Positions 38,321-51,298 of a stretch of 64,000 bases of DNA are shown here, piece after piece. This DNA is from Hydrolagus colliei (Eukaryota), in NCBI GenBank assembly GCA_035084275.1, contig CM068745.1, positions 87,668,001 through 87,732,000 on the forward strand. The letters run 5' to 3'. The translations under genes and the position numbers were made by a program. Positions within the stretch are counted from its first letter, which is position 1. Every line of letters starts with the position of its first letter. Under the pieces are notes generated by a model. That model was not told where the DNA came from. It did not search any database and worked only from the letters and a program-made list of their open reading frames with translations.

Positions 38321-39714
38321 CTGAAAAACAAGCAGGACATTTATTTATACACGACTTCAATGTTTCCGTTTGTACAGTCGTCCTCATAGAAATTACAATT
38401 CTATTACAATTCAGAAACATTTGGCCCCAATGATCCTATGTTGATGTTAGTGTCTCTATATTCTTCTATGTTCTAATACCAATTCTCTGCTCTGTCCGTG
38501 AACTCTTCTACAGTATATGGAAACTCATTCAATTCCCTTCATCAATGTCGTTTTGGTTTTAACTTCAAGGACCGTAGATGGAAAAGCATTCCATGTTCAT
38601 GCATAAGGTACACAGTCACTCCACTTTACAGTAAACCCTGTGAAGCGCTTTGAAATGTCCTCCTGATGTGAAGTGCCATACCAAATGTCAGGATTATTAT
38701 TATCTTTACTGTCTCAGAAGATAATCTTCCAACATGTAATTCAACCATTTGAGTGATAATGTTACATTTATTCCCCGTTTTTATTAATACGACAACAACA
38801 ACATTACATTTCTTGGGCACCTTTCAATACAAAAAACAGTGGGAATAATTGTTATACTCTCCAAAACAGGTTTCTATACCATTCCCCGCTTAAGGGATAC
38901 AATTCTATTCTGCATTACTTGCAGTGCCTTTGGGGATGAGTGATCAGCATGGGAAATCCCTTTAGTGACTGAGATTGCGAAAGGCGTAATCCTGAGAGGA
39001 ATTGTTACTCATTCATTTCTATTTCAATAAAAGGACTTGCGTCACATTATTGCTTTCAGATGAATCGACCTTGAAAGCGAGTACAGTTTTCCTGTTGGCA
39101 TATATAACTAACAGTTAACCTCCAGGGTTGAGGAATCTGTTTTCCTCTGTGTTATCGGTTGAAATTGCTCGAGGCTGGGACCGGCCGCCACCGAAAACCA
39201 CTTACAATTAGAGATAAATGATAGGAAGTTCAGTGCTCTTTGATCGAGATGCGCAGGGCAGATTACTGTGTGTTTGTGTGTGCTTCCTGTGTTCAAAGCT
39301 TTTATTTAAAAAGGTGGTTGGGTGTGAGTTAAAGGGAATGCCAAAGCTGAGGACGGGAGACTATCCAAACTTTGCTACCTTTGGAACATCAAAGACTTTA
39401 GAACAAACAGTTAAATGTGGAGGAAAGCACTCTTCACTATAATGTGCCTCATGCCATACGTCAGAAGAAACACCTCATACTTAGGTGAGGTGTTGGATCG
39501 TAACAATTTTTTTTACTTTCCAACCAACCTTCTGAGTGAGATTGATTGTCAATTAGTGCTGAAATACAGGCATATCGCAATGTCAATCCATGTCCAAAAT
39601 ACACCTGATAAAACTACCTCAGGTTGGGACGTGGAACTCATCTAGTCTATACACTGATGGTCTAGTGGCAGTGTCTGGGTTGGGTGGCATTGTTGGAAGT
39701 GCCGTTACTTAGGA

Positions 39715-40045
39715 ATGATACGCTTTCACTTTCAAAGCCCTCCCCGGCCTCGCCCCACACTACATCTGCGACCTGCTAACCCCCTACCAGCCTGCCTACA
39801 CCCTCTGCTCAGTAGGCTCTGGCCAGCTCCACGTCCCCCAACCCTCCCCCCCCTACCCCCCCACCATTGGCGGGCGAGCCTTCAGCCACTCGCCTCAAAA
39901 CTCTCCTCTTCAATGGTCCCATCGGTCATTCGAAATCCACCCCCTCATCCCTGTTTCTGACCCCAGCTCGGGTCTGAAACAATGACTGTCCATCGTCTTG
40001 ACATGAAACGCACTATACAGTACAACTATCATTTTGTTGTTGTTG
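39715..40045 (+). mobile_element. Degenerate L2 3' end
   Basis: ggcgggcgagccttcagccac (GGRAFSH-like) and tail tgaaacgcactatac...(gtt)n. Confidence 0.65.
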
Positions 40046-40296
40046 TAAAACCATATCTACCCATTCAGGTGGACTTTAGAGTCCATATTGCAGTATTTAA
40101 AAACAGAAAGGTGTTCTTCTAAGCCGGCTGGCCATCAATTCGCCAAACCCCCACCCAAATAAAATTGTTTATTCACTTCATGACTGTTTGTGTAACGTCT
40201 CTGTGCACAAATTAACTGCTGTAAATCATTAAATAATTTACAAAGATTTTACTGTCATGACACTGACTTTACAATATATTTTTGGGACGCCCTTTG

Positions 40297-40540
40297 TGGA
40301 ATCCTGTAGTTTAGTGGTTAAAGCTTTTGCCTCGAAAGTGAGAGACCTGGATTTGATTCCCACCAGAGCAAAACTTCGGGAAGGTTTCCTTACTCCACAC
40401 GCCTGATAATAATCCCTCAAGAATAAATAAATAAATAAATAAATCCATGACTTTTTGTGGGACACTGCCGTGTGCAATTACATATTATTATTCTCCTGAT
40501 GTGAAAGGCGCTGTATCAAATGTAAGGATTATTATTATTT
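40297..40540 (+). mobile_element. SINE
   Basis: tcctgtagtttagtggttaaagc head, core and tail. Confidence 0.8.
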
Positions 40541-40668
40541 ATCAGACGCAATCTATTCAATTTCCGTTCTCAGTGTGTTTTGAAAATGATGGCTGTCAAA
40601 CAGAAACTGTCTTAAAACGATGAGGTGATACATACTTAAAAGTTTAAAATAGTGAAACTAGAACTCAC

Positions 40669-41037
40669 CTTCCACTTTCAGGTATGTTCCATTACCTGTT
40701 AGGTGTCTTACGGGAGGAGGTATCTGAAGAACAGCTTCACAGACATAGAGGTCAGAGTCACATAAATGAAGATTACGGATTATTAAAGATGATGAGTTCT
40801 TGGTAACATCAAACACACCACCGACACGTGACAGCCGATTCTTGGTAGTATTATCATCTGTTTTATTTTTATTTAAAATATATTGATATTGCTCTTCTCC
40901 AGTGCTATTTCTTTTCCATTTAATTCTTAATTGAGTTGGATTTCCGGCGCTGAAAGAGCAATTTATTTTCACGGTCTCCCCCTTCAGTGCTCTGATCACA
41001 GAGGGTGTCTGACTGATCCACAGTTTGTTGCATTTTC
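40669..41037 (-). CDS. Receptor A Ig V-set exon with germline-joined J-like strand (LWISQTP...INC...IKW...DSDLYVC...IPPPVRHLTGNGTYLKVE); CD28/TMIGD2/NCR3-like
   Basis: catccacag acceptor, g|gtgagt donor, 369 nt (phase 1 to 1); canonical Cys-Trp-Cys, DxxxYxC and GxGTxLxV. Confidence 0.93.
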
Positions 41038-41264
41038 CTGTGGATGAAACAAGAATAGAAAAAACTCCCATCACCTGTCAATATCATCTTGTGATCAAAC
41101 TAAACTGTAGGATTACCTGATAACTGCACCTATTTCAGATATACAGATAGATTCAAAGAAGAGTTTGGAAGTTTGTTCCAATGATCTTGGCTATGAAGCT
41201 GTGAACAATTGCTAGATGAAAGAAAACCAAAATCCATCCAGTTCGACTTCCACCATCCCGCAGT

Positions 41265-41590
41265 TAATCCTTGCATTTGATATAGCACTTTTCACATCTT
41301 ATCGACGTCCCAAAGCGCTTCACAAAATGTACTGTAAAGTGAATTGACTGTATATATATTTGTGGGTGAATCGCGGCAGCCAATTGCGCACAGCAGTGTG
41401 TCCCACACACACAGTCGTGGGTTGAAATGACCAATTTTATTATTGTGTTTTTTTTGGCGGGATTATTATTAGGCGTGTGTGTGTGGAGTAAGGAAACTTG
41501 CCCAAGGTTTGGCCCTGACCTGCCTGGATTCGAACACATGTCTCCCCAGCTTGCAAGACAAGCGCTCTAACCACAGAGCCACAGGAGCTC
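41265..41590 (-). mobile_element. SINE, full length
   Basis: Head, core and tail in reverse complement. Confidence 0.9.
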
Positions 41591-41799
41591 CACAAGTTGC
41601 ACAGTTTGCACGCTCGTATCATGCCCTAAACTCTATACAGGTATTCCTCGCGTAACGTCGCAGTTTGGTTCTTCTTGCAAAATACTTTTTTCCCCATAAG
41701 AATGAATGTAAAAACTGTGCGTTTGGTTCTTTTGGACATTTCTCGTCAACATTTTCTAAAAAAAAAACCCATTATACTCGTTTTCTGATTGCCTGCCCG

Positions 41800-41910
41800 G
41801 CCGACTCACTCGCTGCTGGTCTCACTCACTCGATGCCGATCTCGCTCACTCACTGCCGGTCTCACTCACTGCCGGCTGGCTCCCTCTCTCTCTGCCGGCC
41901 TGGCTCACTC
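41800..41910. repeat. Degenerate minisatellite (tgccggtctcactcac-like units)
   Basis: Repeated ctcactc/gccgg units in the leader-V intron of receptor A. Confidence 0.65.
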
Positions 41911-42491
41911 CCAGGTCCGAGCGCCATCGTGCCCCCTTCCCACCCACTCGCTGGCCAACGACATAATAGCGAACATCGCGACGTTAAATGAATAAGCGCT
42001 TTGAGACGTTGATAAGATGTGGAAATTATAATTATATTATTATAATATTATAATATATGTTCCCAATGTATCAGCAACATAATAACGAGAAAAAAACGCT
42101 CATCGAGGCGAAGTTAAGCGGGGTCTAATTTGCTTTTGAAGGGATCGACATTGAATCACAGTGCCCTTCATATTGAGAGAATGTCTCAAAGTGCTTCACA
42201 AGATATACTATGAAGTGTAGTGACTGTGTGTTTTACAGTAATTCAGACCTTGCACTGGGAGAGGGATAAAGGATTATGAGATCTGAAGGATGTCGGTGTG
42301 TGGAGTCGCCAGGAAAAGAGTGTTTTAGGGTTGAATGAGTGTTAATAATAATCCTTGCATTTGAATATAGCGCTTTTCACATCTTATCGATGTCTCAAAG
42401 CGCTCCCTGTACTGCAAAGTGACTGTATATTTGTGGGCGAAACGCGGCAGCCAATTGCGCACTGCAGCGTCCCAGTGTCAAGCTCTCTTAC

Positions 42492-42558
42492 CTGCACATG
42501 TGAGGAAAATGTAAAGCAAAACGGAAATGCGTGCGACACGTACTCTCAGCAATGACAT
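42492..42558 (-). CDS. Receptor A signal-peptide exon (MSLLRVRVARISVLLYIFLTCA-G)
   Basis: ATG in aataATG context, 67 nt, g|gtaaga donor in phase 1 matching the V exon; basic n-region plus hydrophobic h-region. Confidence 0.82.
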
Positions 42559-43321
42559 TATTTGTAAGTTTTTTGGTCAGCCGGGTTTAAAAGAAAGCAA
42601 GTTCTTGTTCTGAAACTGGAGAGAAAGGACACAAAAAATAACTGCTGAGACGAATTTCCTCGTTCACAAAAAAATCAACTTCATAAACAGCCAGAGAAGC
42701 GTAAAAACAAAAGAGTTAAATCGAGATATAGCAAATGTTGACCTCGGCATATTGTCTTTTCCAATGTCTTTAGTCATGTGTTTCTGGAATCCAATTACTG
42801 TAAACATCGTACATTCATAACCTTGTAGCTGTGTACTTTTAGAGACTGTGGCAGCCAATTTGCACACAGCCTGAGAGTGAATGACCAATTTTACCTGGGG
42901 GGTTGCTGGCCAGAATTCTATGTGCAGCCTGAAAATAACTTGGTAAATAAGATCAATTTCATCACTTAAAAAAAAAACTGTCAGTAAAATCATCACACCA
43001 ATCACTATGAATAAAATCCCCAGTGACTAGTTATGTTATGATTCCGTTCATTTAAGAAACAAAATGCTTGAAGCTTTTTAAATCCCCTCCAATAAAAAAA
43101 CGTTCCTTCATTTCAGGGTTGTGAGTGCACAATCGGGATGGCGAGTTTGCCTTCAACTACACAAGTCACTCTACGTCACCGCAAGTGCCTTGAACGCTTT
43201 GGGACTCCTCATAAGCGCAAGGGTTAGTATTATTTTATTATTAATAATAATTAGCGTCGAACTCTGCCGCGCATCAAATGGGCATCTTTCGTTATTGGAG
43301 ATGGGGTGGTAATCAAAATAA

Positions 43322-43645
43322 TACTAATAATAATAATAATACTCCTTGCATTTGATACAGAGCTTTTCATGTCTTCTAGATGTCTCAAAGCTTCACACAA
43401 TATAAAGTGAAGGGACTGTATATTTGTGGGCGAAACGCGGCAGCCAATTGCGCACAGCAGCGTCCCCCACAAACAGTCGCGGATTGAAATGATCATCTTT
43501 AAAAATAGTTGTTTTGAGGGATTATTATTAGGCGTGTGTGTGGAGTAAGGAAACTTGCCCAAGGTTTCGCCCTGATCTGCCTGGATTCGAACTCAGGTCT
43601 CACGCTTGTAAGACGAGTGCTCTAACCATTGAGCTACAGGAGCTG
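43322..43645 (-). mobile_element. SINE, full length
   Basis: Consensus head, core and tail. Confidence 0.9.
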
Positions 43646-44129
43646 CATAATAATAATAATACTAGTCCTTGCATTTGATATAGTGCTTTTCACGTCTTCC
43701 AGTATTTTAAGTTTTTTTAAGGTATTGAAAAATTGTTTGATTAATTTAAAGAATTTAAATTTTTATCAAGTGCATTTCATAGCTCCAAGTGTTGGATGCT
43801 TTAGCTTCATGGGATCTTCTGCATGATCTCTTGAGATCGAATTGAAACCACAACAGTTTGATCTGCAGGCAAGAGCGCTATCAATTGAACGAACCTGACA
43901 TTTATCGCTGAAGTGTAATTAGAAGTTATTGGGTGCTAACAGGAAAAGGCTCTGACCTCATCTTTGCAGGCAAGAAAAGGCAGCTTTAAACCATGCACCA
44001 AGCTTGCTGCCTTTTTCACACGTAATGAAACTGTGTGAACATACGTGCGACAATATTGGGTATAAAATTGGTCTGCAAAATATACAGTTAATTAATCTTT
44101 CAGTATATTCCGTGAAGCGCATTGAGGTA

Positions 44130-44420
44130 TATAATAATAATTCTTGCATTTGATATAGCGCTTTTCGTTTCTTCTAGAGTCTCAAAAAGCTTCTCAAAAC
44201 AGAATACTGTGCACTGTAAAGTGAATTTACTATTTATTTGTGGGCGAAACCTGGCAGCCAATTGCACACGACATTGTCCCACAAACAGCCGTGGATTGAG
44301 TGACCAATTTACAATTCTTTTTTTGGAGGGATTATTGTCAGGCGTGTGGAGTAAGGAAACTTGCCCAAGGTTTCGCACTGCTGGGAATCAAACCCAGGTC
44401 TCTCTCTCACTTGCAAGGAT
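44130..44420 (-). mobile_element. SINE
   Basis: Consensus core and tail, head slightly degraded. Confidence 0.85.
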
Positions 44421-44699
44421 GTGTCAACGACGTGATAAGGCGTTATATCAAATGGAGAGATTATCAAATTGCTTATGGATGATGAATGGGTGATGTAGAG
44501 CGATAGGAGAGAAACATTTATGTGAGAATGTTTCTTTCAAACCTGCAATAAATTAAAAACCTTTAAAGAAAGTACTTGGCGCTGAGAATAAATAATGAAA
44601 GAAAGGTAGCAATCTGAGATTTTATATTCAACCTGGTCTCTTGGCTGCCAGGCAAGTTTTTATCTGACAAATTCTGATTTTTAAAAAACAATCGGCTTC

Positions 44700-44822
44700 T
44701 AACATGGAATATAAGAAGATAATAAATAGGAGCAGGAGTAGGCCATTCAGCCCATCGAGCCTGTCCTGCCATTATTCTACTCTAGCTACCTGCCTCATCC
44801 CCATACCCCTTAATCCCTTTAT
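44700..44822 (-). mobile_element. CR1 LINE 3' terminus
   Basis: ggagcaggagtaggccattcagcccatcgagcctg is the reverse complement of the CR1 tail motif also seen at about 57930-57965. Confidence 0.75.
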
Positions 44823-47814
44823 AAATGAGAAATAGGACTGATTTTTAGAATTGTCCTCAACATTTTAAGACAAAACGGTCAGAATGTAAGGACTAAAAAG
44901 GTGGGAAATTAGGTGGAATTTCAGGCCTGTTTTTGTTGGTCAGATCACCTTTGAAAGCAAACACTTTTTTTTCCTATTTATTCTTCTAAACCAGGTTAGT
45001 AGATCTCTGTGTAACATGGAGGTTGACGAGAACGAAGGTCACAAAATGAGAATGTTTCGACCAGGAAGCATTGCACTCGTTAAATAGACCAGATAAATCA
45101 ACATCTAATATGATATTCCAATCCAGTGTTCTATTCCATTGATAATATAATAATAATCCTTGCATTTGGTATAGCGCCTTGATATAGACATCGTTGAGAC
45201 ATCTCAAATTCGCTTCACAGAATATACTGAAAAAATGGATTGACTATTTGATGGGCAAAACTGCACACAGCAGTGTCCCACAAACGGTGGTGGACTTAGT
45301 GACCGTGGCCCCAGGCATGAAAATATACAGATAAAAAGCCGAACAAATCGATCAATAAAAGCTCCACAAATGTTGAAAGTGGAAACGATCCAGGTTTACT
45401 TACTATCTATGCCGTCTGAAGTATTATCTCTAAGTGGAGAGCCAATGAAGAGCTGCCTATTGTAATTCAAAAGCCTCAACAGTTCGAATCTCGCATCCTG
45501 TTGTGATAGCACTTACATGTCCAGTAAAGGAGAAACTATCACAAACCACAACTAAACCGAGGACTCGCATGCAATTAAACAGGCAAATTGAAGATCCGCT
45601 GTCACACCAGGGCAGTTTCTCATTAAGTTACTATTTCCGCTTCCATAGTCCGAGATAGATTCTCTTGGCCCACAAAATATGCAGTCAATTCACCTGACAG
45701 TATATTTTGTGACGCGCTTTGAGACGTCGATACGATGCGAAAAGCGCTATATCAAATGCAAGGATTATTAATTGCTGATCATTTTTTTGACCCTCTCCAC
45801 CCTTCTCTACTACTGACCCCTGCTTAGTCAAATCAGTGATTAATGATTAGTCAAATCACAAAAAAATCCCCAAGCGTTAAATCTACCTAATTCTGCAGAC
45901 TTGTCAAGGTTAAAGTCTTTAAGCCAATTAAGTATGGTAAAATACGAAACAATTTACATTGCAATTCACATTTACATAGTGGCTTTCATGCTCATGTGGG
46001 GGGAAGATGTCTCAAATCGCTCGGCAGGAAAACAAATATAGGACAATGAAATCGAGGCTTATGTACAATAAAAAGACCACAATAAGACTTGTTGTCGCGC
46101 TCGGACAACAAGTCCTCGGCAAGTTCTTTGATGAAATGTTTTTATCTGGACTCAACAGAGCTTTGCATATTTAAGAATGAGTTCTCTTTCACTCGCTTCA
46201 TTTGATTGGGGGCATTTCATTCGGAAAACAGACAGCACTGGGAGTAACCCAAGACCAAAATATCCCCCATTCCATCTATAAGATCCTCGGATCAAATCTG
46301 TGCGGGCATTTTTGTGAGAGTATTGTATTCCAATCCCTTTGTATAAGTTCAGTGGTCTGCTGTGAAGGCTCATTTTGGTGTTAGCGTAAATTTCATGGGT
46401 GTCTGTCTCATTGTGTCGTCATAGGGCGGAAAGGATTCCTCAATCCTATCATCCCTAATCTTAATCAATCTTTACTCTTTTTATATTATACGAAGAACCA
46501 AATTCTTTTTTTTTTTAAATACAATAGTAATCCTTACATTTGATGAGTGGCATATTGCGTCTTTGAGACATTTTAAAGCACTTCACAGAATACAACAACA
46601 AAATTACATTATACTAGAATATATACAATAGTATGTAAAGCGACTTGTCTGCATATACTTTGTGGGCGAAGTCGGCAGCCAATTACGCACAGCAGTGTCC
46701 CACAAAGTGTATTGAAGTGACCAATTTATTATTATTATTATTATTCTCCTTGTTTCAGATCCACCCAGAGTGAAAGGCGCTCTGGAAGTGTCATTTTGTT
46801 GTCGTCGTTGTTGTTTTTAAAGGAATTATTAACCCAGAAAAACAGATTCACCAGTCAGCTAACATCCAGCTTCCTACTTACTTTACTGTACATGGTAAAC
46901 GTGTGGCGTTAGCAAACTGGCCCAACATTTCACCCGGCCGGGGATCGAACCCAGGTCTCTCTGCTTTCAAGTGCTTTCCTTCTACTTGACATTCAAGTGA
47001 GTGCTCTAACCACTGAGCTGCAGTTACTTTGGAAAGCAATCACAATACTGGGTAAAGTCTGAGTGCCCTTTTTATATGTTGAGTAGTCCGCCTTAGACCA
47101 TCGGTGGGAACAACCTTTATAGGATAACCTTGATCTTCCATCAAGTAAAAAAAAACTAAAAAAAAAACTACCGATCGAATGTTTTTGTTCAGGGGGATCT
47201 TCTTGATGGCTCCGTGATCCACAGGTTGACCACCCAACGCCTTGGACTGACCCAGATACTGCAGTTATCAATGTTGAATCCAGCTGATATCTAAATCTAA
47301 ATCTTCAAAGAATACAATGCTGTGAATCGCAATGGAGATAGTTGTGGTGTAATAAAATGTGTTACTTCTTTGGTAGAATGAGCCTGACGAGAGAGAGAGA
47401 GAGAGAGAGAGAGAAGAGAAGGGGAGTCTCTCCCGGCAAATAATATTCCCAGGTGAATTTGTTCTGTCATCTTATGGCAGCTTGTTGAATAACTTGCTGC
47501 GTGCCAACGCGTTGGAATACCCAATTGGTTACTCTACTTAGTTTACAGTAATTCTTGGAAAGTACTGTGAGATGTTCTGAATTGATAAGATACTCCAAAA
47601 ATGCATTTCCTGCCTTTCTTAACGTCCACCGCAGGTAACAAAGAATCCACTGACTTATCAGCCAGTGTAATTTTGTATAGCGCGTGATACTCGCTATATA
47701 ATACTAATAACCATCGCATTTGATATAATGCCTTATCACCACTAACTACTTACTGCTAGGTGTGGAGTGAGGAACTTCAAATTCTCTTGCATGAGAGGCG
47801 AGTGCTCTAACCAT

Positions 47815-48062
47815 CGTGCCTTCAGCCACCGCACTCCGAAGCTCTGGAACTCCCTTCATCACTCCCTTCGCCTAGCGCCCCCCCCCCCCCCCCCCCCCCC
47901 CCTCTCTTCCGAGTTTCAGCTGAAGACCTTTTTTTCAACCGGGCCTTCGGTCACCTCTTTCCCCCTCCCCCTGGCTCGGGCCCGGGATCCGTTATTGTGA
48001 AGCGCTCTGAGACGCCGTCCGGTGTAGCGGGCGCGATGTAAATCAAAGTTATTGTTGTCTTT
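47815..48062 (+). mobile_element. L2 LINE 3' end
   Basis: 'RAFSHRTPKLWNSLHHSLRLAP...FQLKTFF' and tail gtgaagcgctctgagacgccgtccgg. Confidence 0.85.
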
Positions 48063-48669
48063 GTTGCTACAGTACTCCACATATAAAGTCCACTTTGACC
48101 CAGTTCCCCGAGAGGCTGTTGAAGTCAGATTTGGACGGATTTGATTCAGAGTTCACAGAATGAAAAAAATCGACCGCCCCCACCCGCCCTCCCATCACCC
48201 AACCCACCCGCCCTACGGAAAATAATTAAAATAATCCAGTGTCCCACGGTAGCACAAAAGAATAATCCTCAATTGAATAAAGCTTTGTCAGTGAGCAGCT
48301 TGTGCTGTTCAAATGGAGAGCCAGAAAACTTATTGCAAGTACATACTCCGACCTTCAAGATCGTTAAATGCTTCACCACATCCTTCTGACATGAAAGGCA
48401 CAAATATAAGTGTAAATTGGTATTGTATCAACAAGTATTTGCACAATTTTACTCCTTTTATGTCAGGGCAATGTTTTGTTTTCACGTCCCCAAAAAAGCT
48501 AAAACAACAGGTTGTTACTGAAATATTATGGCCCAAGAAAGGTTAATTGAATGAAAACCACATCGGCTCATTGTCACATTGTTAACGGAAACTCACTGCA
48601 CAGTTTCCAACCACTGAACAAGACTGTAGTGAGGTCTCGTTGCCCAACGGCTGTTAGTTCCTCCCCAAA

Positions 48670-48724
48670 ATGACTTTGGTTGGCACCTGTTCTGCTCTGT
48701 GGGTATTCATCGTGGTTTTCTTAG
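48670..48724 (+). CDS. Receptor B signal-peptide exon (MTLVGTCSALWVFIVVFL)
   Basis: aaaATG, 55 nt, ag|gtaaga donor in phase 1; hydrophobic leader. Confidence 0.8.
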
Positions 48725-49184
48725 GTAAGAAAGTCCCTTGGAAACGTGAGTACGGTTTGTGATGTTAAAGTTACGGGAACGCGGCATTTTAAAGTCTAAA
48801 GATGTCGCCGGGTCAAACTACGCGCGTTGTCAGGAGGATTGCAAATTGATCACTGATATCATGGCGAATCTCGTTGTCTCCAATTTCGCTGCCAATGTTA
48901 TCGGTATTAATACCCAACAAAAGAAGGTTGGAAACTTTGGGGCTGAAAACCAACTCAGCCTGAAAATAAACGCAGTCTGAATTCAGTTAACAGTCGAGGA
49001 GTATTCGCCAGCGTCCTTTGACCCGTTAATATTGCTCTGGGTGTAAATCATGCTGCAATTAAGTGTCAGTCTTCGTCCGTGCCTTCAGTCCTTTTTCCCC
49101 TCACCACGACTTCCAGCCCCAGATCGGGTATCCATCCAGCATTGTGAACTGCTCGGAGACTACTGTCACTCTGAATCCTGTATC

Positions 49185-49430
49185 TCAGCGGTTAGAGACA
49201 CTTGTCTCACAAGCGAGAGACCTGGGTTCGATTCCAGGCAGGGAGAAACCTTGGGCAAGCTTCCTTGATAATTGTCCCTCAAGAAATAAAACAATAATAA
49301 ATTGGTTATTTCAATGCACGACTGTTTGTGGGACACTGCTGTGCGCAATTGACTGCCCACAAATACACAGTCAAATTCACTTTGCAGTATATTCTGTGAC
49401 GCACTTTGAGACGTTTTATTTTATTATTAC
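49185..49430 (+). mobile_element. SINE
   Basis: gacctgggttcgattccaggc head, core, partial tail. Confidence 0.8.
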
Positions 49431-49869
49431 ATGCATTTTATTATTATCTCCCAACATGAAAGGTGTTGTACAAATGTCATTTGTATTTTATTGTGCTTAT
49501 TGGATGAGCTAATTCATCAGAGCAACAGTGTTGGTTGGCCTTTGTGTTATTTGGGTAAAAATTTCTGGTGTTTGGTTGCACTTTCCTTGCAATAATGAAC
49601 GCTAGAAACAAGTTACAAAATACCACAAAAGCTACCGGTTTTCTCGAAAAACTTCGCATAAGTCAAAAAAACTGCTTCACTTTGATTTTGCTATTAGTCA
49701 TCAGGCCAAGGTTTCTGACAATTTACCTGTTTAGCTGATTTTAAGATACGAGGTAAAGTTTAATTTCCGGCTCTGTCTACGGGATACTTCAGAAATCGGA
49801 CGTTGAAACTGTCTGGTAAAATGGATTCTGTTTTTATGCCAGAGGCACGACCAATACTGTGACAATCTC

Positions 49870-50089
49870 ACAATAATAATAATAATCCTTGCATTTGATG
49901 TAGCGCTTTTCACGTCTTCTAGACGTCCCAAAGCGCCTCACAGAATATACTGTAAAGTGAACTGACTGTATATTTGTGGGAGGAACGCGGCAGCCAATTG
50001 CGCACAGCAGCGCCCCCCCCACAAACAGCCGTGGATTGAAATGACCAATTTTATGATTGTGTTTTTATTCTTGGAGGGATTATTGTTAG

Positions 50090-50125
<36 letters not shown>

Positions 50126-50215
50126 AGTAAGGATACTTGCCCAAGGTTTCACCCTGACCTGCCTGGATTCGAACACAGGTCTCCCGCTCGTAAGGCGAGT
50201 GCCGTAACCACCGAG
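49870..50215 (-). mobile_element. SINE, full length, with a (GT)n expansion
   Basis: Consensus in reverse complement. Confidence 0.9.
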
Positions 50216-50574
50216 AATTTAAAAGCAATTGTCTCAGCATCCAAATAAAGACAAAAAAGAAAGTCTGTATTCCATGCCAGACACGGGGAAATTCCCATGC
50301 ACGCATTTCTGAAATTGGCTGCTTTGAATACTCTTAAGCACGGCGATGGATTTGCTCATCGCTGGACAAATCTATTCTGTGCCATATACAGTAAGTAGTA
50401 AATCTAGGCATCCACCTGGTAACGCTCTTGTCTCTGATCCAGGAGACCGTGGTTTTGTTTCAAGTCACACTTTCAATCTTTGGGATGTCAGTCAGGGCTG
50501 ACTCTGTCCGCAGTGTAGGGCTGGGGTAACGACAACAACTTGCAATTGTATAGCGCCCTCCACGCTCGCGTTAA

Positions 50575-50650
50575 TGCCGTCCTTCGGATGAGACATTGAA
50601 CTGCGGTCCTGTCTGCCTGTTCATGTGGATGTTAAAGATGCCTTGGCAAT
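50575..50650 (+). mobile_element. Deu-domain SINE relic
   Basis: tgccgtccttcggatgagacattgaactgcggtcctgtctgcc...gtggatgttaaagatgcc resembles the DeuSINE core. Confidence 0.6.
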
Positions 50651-50932
50651 ACAAAAATCTCACGTTAAAGGCTCCATCTCGGTCCCCTCTAACTCCTGAG
50701 AACAATAGATTGAGTTGGTGCGGTGTTCCTGCTAGTCTTTGCACTCGCATTAAGCAATTCATTAAAAAATTATCTGAAATATAACAATGTACAGTACAGT
50801 AAATTGCCTTTGGGTAGCTTTGACTCAGCAACTCGCGACGTCCTCCCGATGTAAAGTCCAAATGTAACTTCGTATCATTGTATAGTATTGTACTCAAAGT
50901 ATTGATTAACTTTGTGATTTCCGATGGAAAAG

Positions 50933-51298
50933 ACCCGGCGGGTTGTCAAGGCTGGGTGATACAGGAGCCAGCGGCCCTTCGAGTCTTGAAGGGGCAGAGT
51001 GCTGAGATTACCTGCTCATACCAAGGAGTTGAGGCCGAAATGGTCACGGTTTCCTGGAAGAGGAACGCGCGGGTCAGCCCCGTGTGTAGAATCCTGTACG
51101 TGAAACACACGCAAACGCTGTCCCCCACGTGCGACAGTCGGGTGAAGATTGCCTGGAACACAAGCGCTCATTTCATAAGTGTTTGCATGCGAGATGTCCG
51201 ACTGGAAGACACAGACTTTTACTACTGCAAGATTGAGTTCCCTATACCTCCGCCCGTCAGGCAAATCCGTGGCAACTCAACGTACCTCATTGCAGAAG
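50933..51298 (+). CDS. Receptor B Ig V-set exon with J-like strand (WVIQEP...ITC...VSW...DTDFYYCKIEFPIPPPVRQIRGNSTYLIAE); CD28/CTLA4/TMIGD2-like
   Basis: ORF 50878-51336; g|gtatgg donor. The acceptor is weak (gaaaag at 50932; alternative at 50950), so the 5' edge is uncertain. Extra Cys pair VC...TC. Confidence 0.9.
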
